Source: Nannocystales bacterium
GTDB lineage: Bacteria > Myxococcota_A > Polyangia > Nannocystales > Nannocystaceae
DNA length: 64,000 nt
NCBI GenBank assembly: GCA_050633305.1
Contig: JBOEGF010000005.1
Coordinates: forward strand, 288,001-352,000
Direction: 5' to 3'
Shown: positions 19,604 to 29,248 of the stretch, one piece after another
How positions within the stretch are numbered: position 1 is the stretch's first letter
Layout: every line of letters starts with the position of its first letter
The notes under the pieces: generated by a model
Told to the model about the DNA's origin: nothing
The model's database searches: none
Seen by the model: only the letters and a program-made list of their open reading frames with translations
Program-made: the position numbers and the translations under genes

Positions 19604-19981
19604 ATGAAGCGATTCATCATCACGAGCGCAACCCTCCTGCTGGCCATCTCGACCGCGGGGTGCGACGAACCTGTTGAGGACGGTATGGAACTTCGGGCCG
19701 CGGAGGTCGACGTCGAATCGGGGGAGGGGATGGACGAGTTCGACACCCTCGACGGTGATGGCGAGAGCATCGCCGTCTCGTGTCCTCCCGACGGCGCCTA
19801 CACGACCACGAGCAACCCCGGGTTCACGGAGGGCTGGGTCGAGTACTGGTCGATTGTGGTCGGCGAGTGCAACGGTCGCAGCGCGATCCGTGGGTATTGC
19901 CCGTCCTCGATGGGAGGCACCACGTTCAACAACCAGTGTGGCTGCGGTTGTGTTTGGAGCGACGACGGCGGGATGCAGTAG
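19604..19981 (+). CDS. Small acidic Cys-rich lipoprotein
   Basis: MKRFIITSATLLLAISTAGC lipobox. The C-terminal domain has 6 Cys ending QCGCGCV. Confidence 0.75.
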   Translation: MKRFIITSATLLLAISTAGCDEPVEDGMELRAAEVDVESGEGMDEFDTLDGDGESIAVSCPPDGAYTTTSNPGFTEGWVEYWSIVVGECNGRSAIRGYCPSSMGGTTFNNQCGCGCVWSDDGGMQ

Positions 19982-20063
19982 GGGGCTGCGTCCTCGGTCG
20001 TCTGGGACCCGGGCCGCGGCGACGACAGTCGATCGATGGCCCGGCGTCTGAGGCTCAGCCCGT

Positions 20064-21593
20064 TCAACCCAGGACAAGCGGCAAGATGCCCACGACGGCG
20101 AGCATCAGCACAGCGAAGCCGAGCAGGTCGAGTCGGAAGCCGAACCGAACCATCGCGTCGAGCCTGATCATTTGGGTTCCATAGGCCATCGCGTTGGGCG
20201 GGGTGCTGACCGGAAGCATGAACGCGTAGCTGGCAGCAAGTGTGACCGCAACGGCGGTGGCGGTTGAGTCGAAGCCACTGGCCTGCGCGATGCCGATCAG
20301 AACCGGCAGCATCATGCTGGTGGTCGCGGTGTTGCTCGTCACCTCGGTGAGGAACACGACCAGCAACACGGCGGCTGCGGTCAGTCCCAACGGAGACTCG
20401 ACCAAAGGCCCCGCCGCGTCGAGGATGCCGCGACCGACCGCTTCGGCCAGACCGGTTTGAAAGGTCATCCGTCCAAGTGCCAGGCCGCCGCCGAGCAAGA
20501 ACAGGGTCCCCCAATCCATCTTCTGGGCATCTTCCCAGTCGAGAAGTCGTTCGCCGGGCTTGCCGCGCGCACCGCTGGGGACGAAGAACAGCAGGCACGC
20601 ACACACCAATGCGACGACGCCCTCGGCCAGGTGTCCCTTGGTCCATGTCGCGAAGGGGTGATCAGCCCCGAGGAGGAGCTTCGAGAAGGACGGGGTGAGC
20701 CATCCGACCACCGCGATGGCAAACACGAACAGAGTCCGAATCTCAGCCTTGGTCACGCCCCCGAGCTCGGCGAGCTGACGCCGCACCTCCCCCATCAGGC
20801 CTTCGACTCGGCGGACCGGAGCGGGGAAGTAGCGAAGTGTTCCCCAAACCACGAGGGCCGTCATCACGGTGGCCGTGGGGAGGCCGAACGACATCCACTC
20901 GAGAAAGTCGATACGGGCGCCGGTCTTCGCCTCCAGCATGCCAACCGCGATGACGTTGGGCCCGGTGCCGATCGGGGTTGCGGAGCCACCGAGCGAGGCG
21001 GAGTACGCCAACGCCAGGCACATTCCGCCGCTGAATCTGTGGAGCTTGCTGGTGGTCTCTTCGTCCTTGGGGAGGACCGCGACCATGGTTCGATGCAGTC
21101 CAAGCGCGACCGGGATCAACATCGCTGTTGTCGCGGTGTTGCTGATCCACATCGAGAACACAAACGAGATCAACGCGATCGTGATCATCGCTCGGGCCGG
21201 AGACCCCGCGACGATCGGCCGTGCGATCAGCCACAGCGCGGCACGACGATCGAAGCGATGTCGGGACAGTGCTGCGGCGAGCATGAAGCCGCCCATGAAC
21301 AGGAAGATGAGCGGGTCGGCGAACGCGGCGAGGGCTTCCCTGGGCGAGGTGACACCAAAGACCGCGGCCAACGCAGGGCCGAGCAGTGCAGCCGCGGGGA
21401 GCGGAATCGCCTCGGTGACCCACAACAGCACGGTCATCGCGGATATCGCCGCCAGCGAGTGAGCTTCTTCGCTCAGTCCGGGCATCGGCGTCAGAAGGAG
21501 GCCGATGAACACCACCGGAGCCGCGACCAATCCAACCCGTCGACGTAGGGCGTCGAAGCGCGCTTCTGCATCGCTAACTTTGCCGGCGGTCAC
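20064..21593 (-). CDS. SLC13/DASS sodium:dicarboxylate/sulfate symporter
   Basis: WVTEAIP, SMWISNTAT, TPIGTGPN, TEVTSNTA, AFMLPVSTPPNA. Confidence 0.95.
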   Translation of the reverse strand: MTAGKVSDAEARFDALRRRVGLVAAPVVFIGLLLTPMPGLSEEAHSLAAISAMTVLLWVTEAIPLPAAALLGPALAAVFGVTSPREALAAFADPLIFLFMGGFMLAAALSRHRFDRRAALWLIARPIVAGSPARAMITIALISFVFSMWISNTATTAMLIPVALGLHRTMVAVLPKDEETTSKLHRFSGGMCLALAYSASLGGSATPIGTGPNVIAVGMLEAKTGARIDFLEWMSFGLPTATVMTALVVWGTLRYFPAPVRRVEGLMGEVRRQLAELGGVTKAEIRTLFVFAIAVVGWLTPSFSKLLLGADHPFATWTKGHLAEGVVALVCACLLFFVPSGARGKPGERLLDWEDAQKMDWGTLFLLGGGLALGRMTFQTGLAEAVGRGILDAAGPLVESPLGLTAAAVLLVVFLTEVTSNTATTSMMLPVLIGIAQASGFDSTATAVAVTLAASYAFMLPVSTPPNAMAYGTQMIRLDAMVRFGFRLDLLGFAVLMLAVVGILPLVLG

Positions 21594-21672
21594 GTGCGGC
21601 GGATTCTATCAGCGGCCGATCTTGCCACGGGGGACCTGGCATGCCCCCTATAGAAGGACTGTTCTCTCGGAA

Positions 21673-22002
21673 GTGTACGAAAAGGTAGGGGATTGTGGTT
21701 TTCTACGATCGAGCTTGCTTCTGCCAGGGCAGCGGTATCCTCAGGTCGTGGGGAGCCATCGTTGCGGCCGCTGTGACGAGGATGTGGAGGGCCAGCACGA
21801 GCAGCCAAAGCTCCGTCGCCTGGCTCGGTTCTACTTCCTCATGCCGATCCCGTTTGTGCCGCTGCTGCCGATCATCGCCTCGGACTTCATCGTGATGATC
21901 CCGCTGACGATGCTCTACCTCATGGGGGCCGGGGCGGCTCTGCGCTTCATCACTCAAAAGCCAACGTGCCCGGAGTGCGGGGCGTTCGTCGAACCGTTGT
22001 AG
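21673..22002 (+). CDS. Small membrane protein with split zinc ribbon (CGRC...2 TM...CPEC); start uncertain
   Basis: CxxC pairs flank two hydrophobic segments. Confidence 0.6.
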   Translation: MYEKVGDCGFLRSSLLLPGQRYPQVVGSHRCGRCDEDVEGQHEQPKLRRLARFYFLMPIPFVPLLPIIASDFIVMIPLTMLYLMGAGAALRFITQKPTCPECGAFVEPL

Positions 22003-22020
22003 CGCCGATTCGGGAACCTC

Positions 22021-23400
22021 GTGGGAGGTTCGAACGGCCTGCCGGACGCAATTTCGTGCCATGGTCGCTCGGTGCCTGGATCGAGTCCCACGGCTGCACG
22101 CCTACGCCTGTGGGTCGGTGTGTTTGTGGGGATCCTGGGGCTGTTCTACGCAAGCCAGTCTTCTGGGCTCGTGTCCAGCAACGACGGCTCACACGTTGCG
22201 CTCGGCCGTGCAGTGGTGCTCCGAGCAGAGCCCTCCATCACGCCGGAGGTCGGGCTCACGCTGTGGATCGACCGGGCCGTCCGACACGGAAAGGACTACT
22301 CGGACCGTCCTCCGGGGACCGCGTTCGCGGCCCTGCCCGCGATCTGGGTGGGGAACCGGTTCGACGATGCGTGGGGCCGTACTTCGATCGCTCGCCTGAA
22401 GGCAGGCGCAGACGGCAACGACTTGGAGTCCGTCGTCGTCGTCCGCCCCGCCACCGACCGCTACATCTCCACGTACGGCAAACGTCGCTTGGAGAAGGGG
22501 GGTCGTTCGCCGAACTTGATCGAGCTGCAGGGCACCGCGCTGTGGGTCGGGGTGCACGCAGGGGGCATGGGAGCGCTGGGCCTCGCCGGGTTGTTGATGC
22601 TGCTGCGTAGGCGCGACGTGGAACCCACGGGACAGTTCATCGTCGTCCTCGCGGTGGGGGTCGGGACGCTGTGGGGGCCGTACTCGACCATGTTGTTCAG
22701 CCACGTCAGCGCCGGGACGATGCTGGTGTGGTGTGTGTGGGGCCTGGAGACTCTGTCCTCGGAGGTCACACCGGGGGCTCGTTGGCGGGCAGCCCTCATC
22801 GCCGGGCTTTGCGGGGCCTGGGCGGTGAGCACGGACTACGCCCTGGTCGTTGCGATCGTGCCGCTCGCCCTCGTGCTCGGGCCCTTCCGTGAGCTGCCCA
22901 AGCTCGCCTTGGGCGCGATGCCGGTCGTCATCGCGACCGCCGTCTATCACGACGCAGCGTTCGGGTCCCCGCTGTCGATCGGCTACGACCACCATGCGAC
23001 GTTTGCGTTTGCGACCTCCCGCGCCGCGACGTTCTCCGGCAACCCGGTGACCGGCCTGTGGAGCTTGTGGGGTGCGGGGGAGGGGGCCGGCGCGCTGGTG
23101 ATGGCACCGGTGCTTTTGGTGGCTGCCGCAGGGATGGCTCTGGAGCGGCGCATCGGGCTCGCGCTGCTTCCGTGGGCCCTGCTGCTGTGTTTTCACCGGA
23201 CGCCAACCGGTGGGGCGGGCGAGGATCATCGCTACCTCGTTCCGATCGTTGCGGTGCTGGGCGTGGGCCTCGGCGCGCTCTGGACCCGTTGTGCGACCCG
23301 TCCCCCGGCCCAGGCACGCTTGCTCCGGGTGTCGCTCGTGGTGCTGACCGCGGTCAGCGCGGCCCTCGTTTGGTCCCACTTCTTCGCTTGGCGCGGCTGA
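22021..23400 (+). CDS. Polytopic membrane protein, GT-C glycosyltransferase-like (PMT/ArnT-type)
   Basis: NDGSH after TM1, YSDRPPG, YSTMLFSH, FGSPL..GY, RYLVP and many TMs. Confidence 0.6.
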   Translation: MGGSNGLPDAISCHGRSVPGSSPTAARLRLWVGVFVGILGLFYASQSSGLVSSNDGSHVALGRAVVLRAEPSITPEVGLTLWIDRAVRHGKDYSDRPPGTAFAALPAIWVGNRFDDAWGRTSIARLKAGADGNDLESVVVVRPATDRYISTYGKRRLEKGGRSPNLIELQGTALWVGVHAGGMGALGLAGLLMLLRRRDVEPTGQFIVVLAVGVGTLWGPYSTMLFSHVSAGTMLVWCVWGLETLSSEVTPGARWRAALIAGLCGAWAVSTDYALVVAIVPLALVLGPFRELPKLALGAMPVVIATAVYHDAAFGSPLSIGYDHHATFAFATSRAATFSGNPVTGLWSLWGAGEGAGALVMAPVLLVAAAGMALERRIGLALLPWALLLCFHRTPTGGAGEDHRYLVPIVAVLGVGLGALWTRCATRPPAQARLLRVSLVVLTAVSAALVWSHFFAWRG

Positions 23401-23418
23401 ACCTCTATACAGACCGCT

Positions 23419-24927
23419 GTGAGCGTCGAGCCCTCCATGCCCCCCGCTGCGAGCTCAGGCGGGGACAATGAAGGTTGGGGCCGCGAAGCGGGCTGGGTCT
23501 CCAGCACCTACTTTGCCGAGGGCTTGCCCTACGCGCTGGTCAACAACGTCGCCGACGCGATGTTCACGATCATGGGGGCGAGCTTAGGTGCGATCGGGCT
23601 CACGGCGCTGTTCCACCTCCCGTGGAACCTGAAGTTCCTGTGGGGCCCCCTGCTGGACGCCTACGAGACCAAGCGATCCTGGCTTTGGATCTGCGAGGTG
23701 GTGCTCGGGGTGTTGGTGGTGTCGTTGGCCTTCACCTCGAGCAGCGAGACGGGGCTCGCGGTGGCCTCTGTTCTGTTCTTTGTGATCGCGGTGGCCTCGG
23801 CCACCCACGACATCGCGGTCGACGGCTACTATCTCGAAGCGCTCGACGACGCCGGGCAGTCGCGTTACGTCGGGCTTCGGGTTGCTGGGCATCGGGTCGC
23901 AACCTTGCTGGGGTTTGGGGGCTTCCTCATGCTCGCGGGCGCGACGAGCTGGCCGGTGGCCTGGGTCGTCGCGGCGGTGCTCCTGTTCGGTCTCGCGATC
24001 GGGCACGCCAGGTTCCTGCCCCGGGCGGAACCCCGAAAGAAGGCGGCAACCTCGCTGGGCCGGATGCTTCTGAGCCGTCGTGTGTTGTCGGGCTTTGGGG
24101 TCGTGGTCGCGCTGGTGGTGCTCGAACGACAGACCGCGGTGATGGGCTCGGCCCTGAACACCGTGGACGAGAGCCTTCGTGCCGTCGCGCCGTGGACCGC
24201 CAAGATCTCGATCTCGGGCTGGATCGGCATCTTGCTGCTCATCGCGTTGGGAGCTGTGCTGGCCATGTTGCCGCACATCCGCCGCCGCATCGAACGCAGC
24301 GACTCCGACTTCGCTCGGGCGTACGTCACCTTCCTCGAGCAACCGGACATCGGAAAGGCGTTGGCGTTTGTGATCACGTTCCGCCTCGGCGAGTCGTTCC
24401 TGCTCAAGATGCGCACGCCCTTCCTCCTCAAGGAAGTGCAGATGAGCGAAGGCGAGTTTGGGTTGCTGACCGCGACGATCGGCGTTGCGGCGACGATCGT
24501 CGCGTCCGTCATCGGCGGTCTGCTAATTGCGAAGCACGGGCTCCGGCGCTGGATCTGGCCGTTCGTCCTGAGCCAAAACGTCCTCAACCTGCTCTACATG
24601 GGCGTCGCGCTGGGGGAGCCCTCGGAGACCTCGATGGGCGTCCTCGCGTTCGTGATCGTCGCGGAGAACCTCGGGTCAGGTCTCGGTACCGCGGTCTTCA
24701 TGGTCTACATCATGCGATGCGCCGCACCGAGCCACCGGGCGTCTCACATGGCGATCGTCACCGCCGTGATGAGCGTGGGCTTTACGTTGGCGGGGGTGAG
24801 CAGCGGCTTCCTGGCCGAGGCGATTGGCTTCGCGCCGTACTTCGGCTTCACGTTCCTGGCGACCCTGCCCTCGATGCTGCTGATCCCGTTCCTCCCGCAC
24901 CTCGATCGACGGCCCGATGCGGCGTGA
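23419..24927 (+). CDS. ampG: AmpG-like muropeptide MFS transporter
   Basis: YFAEGLP, LPWNLKFLWGPLLD, SATHDIAVDGY and G-LGT-VF motifs. Confidence 0.85.
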   Translation: MSVEPSMPPAASSGGDNEGWGREAGWVSSTYFAEGLPYALVNNVADAMFTIMGASLGAIGLTALFHLPWNLKFLWGPLLDAYETKRSWLWICEVVLGVLVVSLAFTSSSETGLAVASVLFFVIAVASATHDIAVDGYYLEALDDAGQSRYVGLRVAGHRVATLLGFGGFLMLAGATSWPVAWVVAAVLLFGLAIGHARFLPRAEPRKKAATSLGRMLLSRRVLSGFGVVVALVVLERQTAVMGSALNTVDESLRAVAPWTAKISISGWIGILLLIALGAVLAMLPHIRRRIERSDSDFARAYVTFLEQPDIGKALAFVITFRLGESFLLKMRTPFLLKEVQMSEGEFGLLTATIGVAATIVASVIGGLLIAKHGLRRWIWPFVLSQNVLNLLYMGVALGEPSETSMGVLAFVIVAENLGSGLGTAVFMVYIMRCAAPSHRASHMAIVTAVMSVGFTLAGVSSGFLAEAIGFAPYFGFTFLATLPSMLLIPFLPHLDRRPDAA

Positions 24928-25120
24928 GAGGGGGATCCCGGGCTCGTCAAGGACGCAGGGACGGCTCGCCAGCCCGCGGTGTGTCGAAAGACGTCCCTTG
25001 GGAGCGTAAGCGCTGTCCTTGTCGCGCGTTGAGGCTCCACGGTGTGATAGGTCGGGTGGGCGCACGTACCGCCTACGAGACGCCCTTCGTGCTGGTGTAC
25101 CCTCGACCCCGAGCCAACTC

Positions 25121-25945
25121 GTGAGCGCTTCCGTCTCAGTTCTTGTCCTTCCGTTGCTGCTTGCAGCCTCACCCTCCGATGACCCGGCGGGCGACACCGA
25201 CCTCGTCGAGGTCTCCTCTGACACGCAGCTGGATGAAGCCGACGAGGATGAGGATGCGGACGACTACGGTCCGTTCTTCGAGGATGAACCTCCCGGCGAT
25301 CTCGAGTTCCTCGGTCAGCCTCGGCTCGGTCGGGTGCCCGTACTCTCGGTCGGTGAGGGCGCGTTTTGCTTCGTCGAGGGGACGTACTGCAAAGCCTCGA
25401 TGATTCTCTCCGCGGACGTCGGTGCGGGCATCCGTGCGCCGGCCAGCGATGAGGGTCCAGACATTCCCTACGCTCAGTTCACGTTCCGTGGCGGCGTCGC
25501 GATCCGGCCCTCGATGATTCGCCCTCGCAAACGCAAGGCGTGGGGGTCCTGGGGGATCGGGATTGTCTCGAGCTGGTCCAAAGGCACGGGCGCGGTCACC
25601 GTGCGGGGCGACTCCCAGTCTCAAGAGGTCGAGTCCTCGAACGACACCACCGTATTCCGCGTCGCGGCCATCAACCAGATGTGGCTCTCCAAGCGCAACC
25701 ACGCGACGCACCTCGACTTCACCTTCGGCGGAGCGCGCAGCGATGTGCTCACCAGCGGGGTGAGGCTGTGGGGCACACACGCCGAGGTCGCCATGGGCTT
25801 CGGAGGCTGGGGCGGTCTGTTCCTCAGCGGTGACTTTCTCGACCGCGACACCCGCGTGGTGCTTGGCTTCCGCGGGCACGGCATTGCGGCGGCCCCCATT
25901 GTTGCGATGGCCCTGGCCGGACTGGCTGCAGGAGGTGCGCTGTGA
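25121..25945 (+). CDS. Hypothetical secreted/outer-membrane beta-rich protein
   Basis: Signal-like N-terminus, acidic linker and alternating Gly/aromatic beta-strands. Coupled to the next gene by GTGA. Confidence 0.7.
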   Translation: MSASVSVLVLPLLLAASPSDDPAGDTDLVEVSSDTQLDEADEDEDADDYGPFFEDEPPGDLEFLGQPRLGRVPVLSVGEGAFCFVEGTYCKASMILSADVGAGIRAPASDEGPDIPYAQFTFRGGVAIRPSMIRPRKRKAWGSWGIGIVSSWSKGTGAVTVRGDSQSQEVESSNDTTVFRVAAINQMWLSKRNHATHLDFTFGGARSDVLTSGVRLWGTHAEVAMGFGGWGGLFLSGDFLDRDTRVVLGFRGHGIAAAPIVAMALAGLAAGGAL

Positions 25946-27036
25946 ATCTCTCCATCCTTCTGACCGCCGGCCTGAGCACCGCAGTGCTCGGGAGCCAACC
26001 CGTCGCCGAGCCTGAGATTCAGCGGCCATCGGCGGTGGAGCCCGCTCCGGCTGAAGTGGCGGCACCCACAGAGCCCGCGCCCGACGCAGCGGCGCCCGCG
26101 GAGCCCGGTCCCGGTCCCGGTCCCGGTGAGGATGTCGCCGCTGCTGCCGACGCGGCCACCCCGACCGAGCCCCCTGTCGCGACGCCCCCGCAGCCCGCGA
26201 CGGAGCCTGCGGTCGAGCCCACTGCGCCGGAACCGGCCGCAGCCGTAGCCCCGACATCGTCCTCGGTGGACGGCGAGCGCTACGTCGTCGCAGCTGGCAC
26301 TGACGGAGGGCCTCCGTACTACGACGACGCCGACCTGGCGGCGCTTCGGACTCGGCATGGCATCGAGGTCGAGCCCCTGGAGCGTACCGACGGTCCGCGC
26401 TGGCGTTGCTTGATCGCAGACCCCGCCTGCGGCCGCAGCTTCGAGATCAACGCGCTGTCGGCCTACACGTACCGCGGACGCCAATCCAGCGTCGCCGGGG
26501 TCGGGGAAGATCCCCGCTGGAGCAGCGGTCGGGCGCAGTACGACTTCTGGATGAACCTGCCTGTCATGACCGAGGTCGCGGGCAATAAGCTGTTCTCCCG
26601 CATGACCCTCGGCCCCAAAGGCGGGCTGATCTTCAGCGACGGGGGCAGCACGTGGGGCAACCTCGGGATGGCGTTTCGGTACTGGATGGGCCGCGGACGC
26701 TGGGCTCCCACCGTCGAGTTCAGCAGTGCACTGACCTTCAAGATCGGGGAGCGGAGCACCAAGAACGCCGCGCTCCAGGATCCCAAGTGGAAGATGACGC
26801 GCGGACCGGTTGGCTTCACGGCCGATGTAGGGTTCGGGCTTGGCGGCTTCGGGGCGATCGTGCTGGGCGGTCAGTACGACAGCCCGTTGGCCCGTGAAGA
26901 CATCCCCGAGCAATATCGCACCTCTGCAGGTGGAGCTTTCTTCGTGGGCTTCCGCGGGAACATTCTGTGGGGTGCACCCGCTGCGGCCGCCGTGGCGACC
27001 CATGCCGTCACGCAGCGCAGCGTTGAGACGCCGTAG
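25942..27036 (+). CDS. Hypothetical secreted/outer-membrane beta-rich protein with Pro/Ala/Glu linker
   Basis: Signal peptide, PAE-rich linker and amphipathic beta-strands. Shares motifs with the upstream gene. Confidence 0.75.
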   Translation: MNLSILLTAGLSTAVLGSQPVAEPEIQRPSAVEPAPAEVAAPTEPAPDAAAPAEPGPGPGPGEDVAAAADAATPTEPPVATPPQPATEPAVEPTAPEPAAAVAPTSSSVDGERYVVAAGTDGGPPYYDDADLAALRTRHGIEVEPLERTDGPRWRCLIADPACGRSFEINALSAYTYRGRQSSVAGVGEDPRWSSGRAQYDFWMNLPVMTEVAGNKLFSRMTLGPKGGLIFSDGGSTWGNLGMAFRYWMGRGRWAPTVEFSSALTFKIGERSTKNAALQDPKWKMTRGPVGFTADVGFGLGGFGAIVLGGQYDSPLAREDIPEQYRTSAGGAFFVGFRGNILWGAPAAAAVATHAVTQRSVETP

Positions 27037-27236
27037 AAGCGCCGCGTAGACCACGCTCGGCGATCATCCGCTGGTGCAAAGAATCGAAAAGCCCGGGACG
27101 TGGAAATCGTCTCGGGCTTTCGCGCGTTGGGCCGGATGTCACCACGCGCCCTCGCTGTCTCCGGTGGGTATTCCGGTTGCTGAGTCGGCGTCTTTCCGTG
27201 GAACAAAACGAATCCGTAGACGTCTGAACATCCGCC

Positions 27237-29204
27237 ATGCCGAGCACTCCGCGAACCCTTGCCGCCCTGAGCACTCTCGCCCTTCTCGCCATGGCGGCAG
27301 GAAACGCTGCGGAGGCCCGCTCGGTGTCCAACAAGAAGTCGGTCGCCGTGCAGGCGATGGTAGGGGAGCCACATTTCCGAGACCACCGGATGGGCGTCGC
27401 CATGGTGCCCGATTTCGCTCTCGCCGAGAAACCGGTGGGCGGCGGTTCAGCCCCCGGGGCGTCTCAGCCCGTCGGGCTTCATGGCAGCAACATCGCAGTG
27501 CTCAGCGGTGATGTGATCGTCGCAGATGCGGACAGCGGTGAGCTCGTTCGGACCACACCTGACGGCACCGTCGTTGCGTCGCTCGCGATCGGTGCGGGGG
27601 TCTCCCAAGTCGTGCTCGACCCGGATGCCCAACGAGCCTACGTCGCCGACCGGAGCCACGACCGCGTCGTGGTGGTGGACGTTCGAGACGGCTTGGCCGA
27701 GGTCGATTCCTTCCGCACCCCAACCGAACCGTTTGGCCTCGCGCTGAGCCCGGACCGAAGCACGTTGCTGGTCACCGCGGTCGCCGACCAAACCCTCAGC
27801 GCGATCGAACTCAGCACGGGGTTCGAGCGCTGGTCGATGACCGTCGGCCCTGAGCCGCGCGGCGTGGCGATCTCCCCCTCGGGCAACGAAGCGTTGGTCA
27901 CCTTCCTGACGACCGGCGTCGTGGGCCGGGTGTCGCTCAAGAACAAAGACCCGCGCATCGAGTACGTCTCGCTCGACCCCGCGGCGCCACAGGCTTCGCC
28001 CGGAATGCCATCCTCCCAACCCTCCGGCGACGAAGGCCGTGGGTTCGTTCGCAACGCGTTCGCAGCGGTCTACGCGGGCAACGGCGTGGCCGTCGTTCCC
28101 CACCAACTCAGCCTTCCTCAGGTGGCAAACCCTGAGATGCTCGGCGACACGGGTGGATACGGCGGCGGCGGTGCGTTTGCGTCACCGATCTCCCATCGCC
28201 TCGCGTTCCTTGGCATGCCCGACGAAGGGGAGTCCGGCCGGGTCGGCACCGCGTTCGCCACGACCAACGTTCACCAGCCTCGTGCGGCGACTTATGACGC
28301 CGCCTCCGACACGCTGTTCGTTGTAGGATACGGCTCCGACGATGTCCTGGCAGTCGCGGATGTGTCACAGGCCAGCGTCCACATGGCGTGGAAAGCACAC
28401 GTGCCGTCGTCCTCCGCATGCGGTCCCGAGGGCGTGGCGTACGACGCGGGCGCCGAAGAGGTTGTGGTCTTCTGCTCGTTGTCTCGGACGACCCATCGCA
28501 TGGCAGGCGCAAACGGCTCGCAGGTCGCCGACGGTCAGAGTGCTCCGCTGACGAAGAGTCATCTTTCGCAGTCGGCTCAACGTGGCCGGGAACTCTTCCG
28601 TCTGGGGAACAGCACCCGAGTCTCCAGCAATGGAGCGATGGCATGCGCGAGCTGCCACGCCGAAGGCCGCGCCGATGGCCTTACCTGGTTCCTGGCGGGT
28701 AACATCCTCCAGACTCCGTTCTTGTCTGGCCGCGTGATGGGCTCGCACCCGTTCAAGTGGGACGGCAAGGATGCAACGATCTCCGACAGCCTCAGCAACA
28801 CGGTCGGGCGCCTGGGTGGCACCGGAATCACCAAGGCCGAGGTCAAGGATCTCACCGCTTTCTTGGCCGCGATGCCTGCACCCCGCACGCCCTCGGCGGA
28901 GGAGCCCGCTGCGGTCGCCCGCGGACAGGCGTTGTTCGAGAGCAAGGCCACTGGCTGCGCGACCTGCCACAACGGCCCGCTGCTCACCGATCAGAAGGCC
29001 CACGGCATCGCAGAAGACCTTCCCGCGGTCGACACGCCCTCGCTGATCGGTTTGGCTGCGAGCGCGCCCTACTACCACGACGGCAGCGCGCCCACGCTTG
29101 CGTCGCTGCTTCGAGGCAAGGGCAACGTGCACGGCATGGGTCGGCTGTCCAAGCTCGACGAGTCGCAGATCGGTGACCTCGTCGCGTACATGAAAAGCCT
29201 CTAG
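27237..29204 (+). CDS. Secreted YVTN/YncE beta-propeller fused to di-heme cytochrome c (CcP/MauG-like)
   Basis: Signal peptide, propeller repeats (AYVADRS, EPFGLALSPD, EPRGVAISP), two heme motifs CASCH and CATCH, DTPSLIG...APYYHDGSA. Confidence 0.85.
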   Translation: MPSTPRTLAALSTLALLAMAAGNAAEARSVSNKKSVAVQAMVGEPHFRDHRMGVAMVPDFALAEKPVGGGSAPGASQPVGLHGSNIAVLSGDVIVADADSGELVRTTPDGTVVASLAIGAGVSQVVLDPDAQRAYVADRSHDRVVVVDVRDGLAEVDSFRTPTEPFGLALSPDRSTLLVTAVADQTLSAIELSTGFERWSMTVGPEPRGVAISPSGNEALVTFLTTGVVGRVSLKNKDPRIEYVSLDPAAPQASPGMPSSQPSGDEGRGFVRNAFAAVYAGNGVAVVPHQLSLPQVANPEMLGDTGGYGGGGAFASPISHRLAFLGMPDEGESGRVGTAFATTNVHQPRAATYDAASDTLFVVGYGSDDVLAVADVSQASVHMAWKAHVPSSSACGPEGVAYDAGAEEVVVFCSLSRTTHRMAGANGSQVADGQSAPLTKSHLSQSAQRGRELFRLGNSTRVSSNGAMACASCHAEGRADGLTWFLAGNILQTPFLSGRVMGSHPFKWDGKDATISDSLSNTVGRLGGTGITKAEVKDLTAFLAAMPAPRTPSAEEPAAVARGQALFESKATGCATCHNGPLLTDQKAHGIAEDLPAVDTPSLIGLAASAPYYHDGSAPTLASLLRGKGNVHGMGRLSKLDESQIGDLVAYMKSL

Positions 29205-29248
29205 CTTCCAACGCCCGGCATCGCCGCAATCTCGATAGACTTCGGCCC

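Noticed and set aside
18899..20077. 392-aa ORF as a single protein
   Set aside because: Only the last 156 aa (from ATG 19369) are protein-like; the upstream part is antisense to the 19604..19981 lipoprotein.
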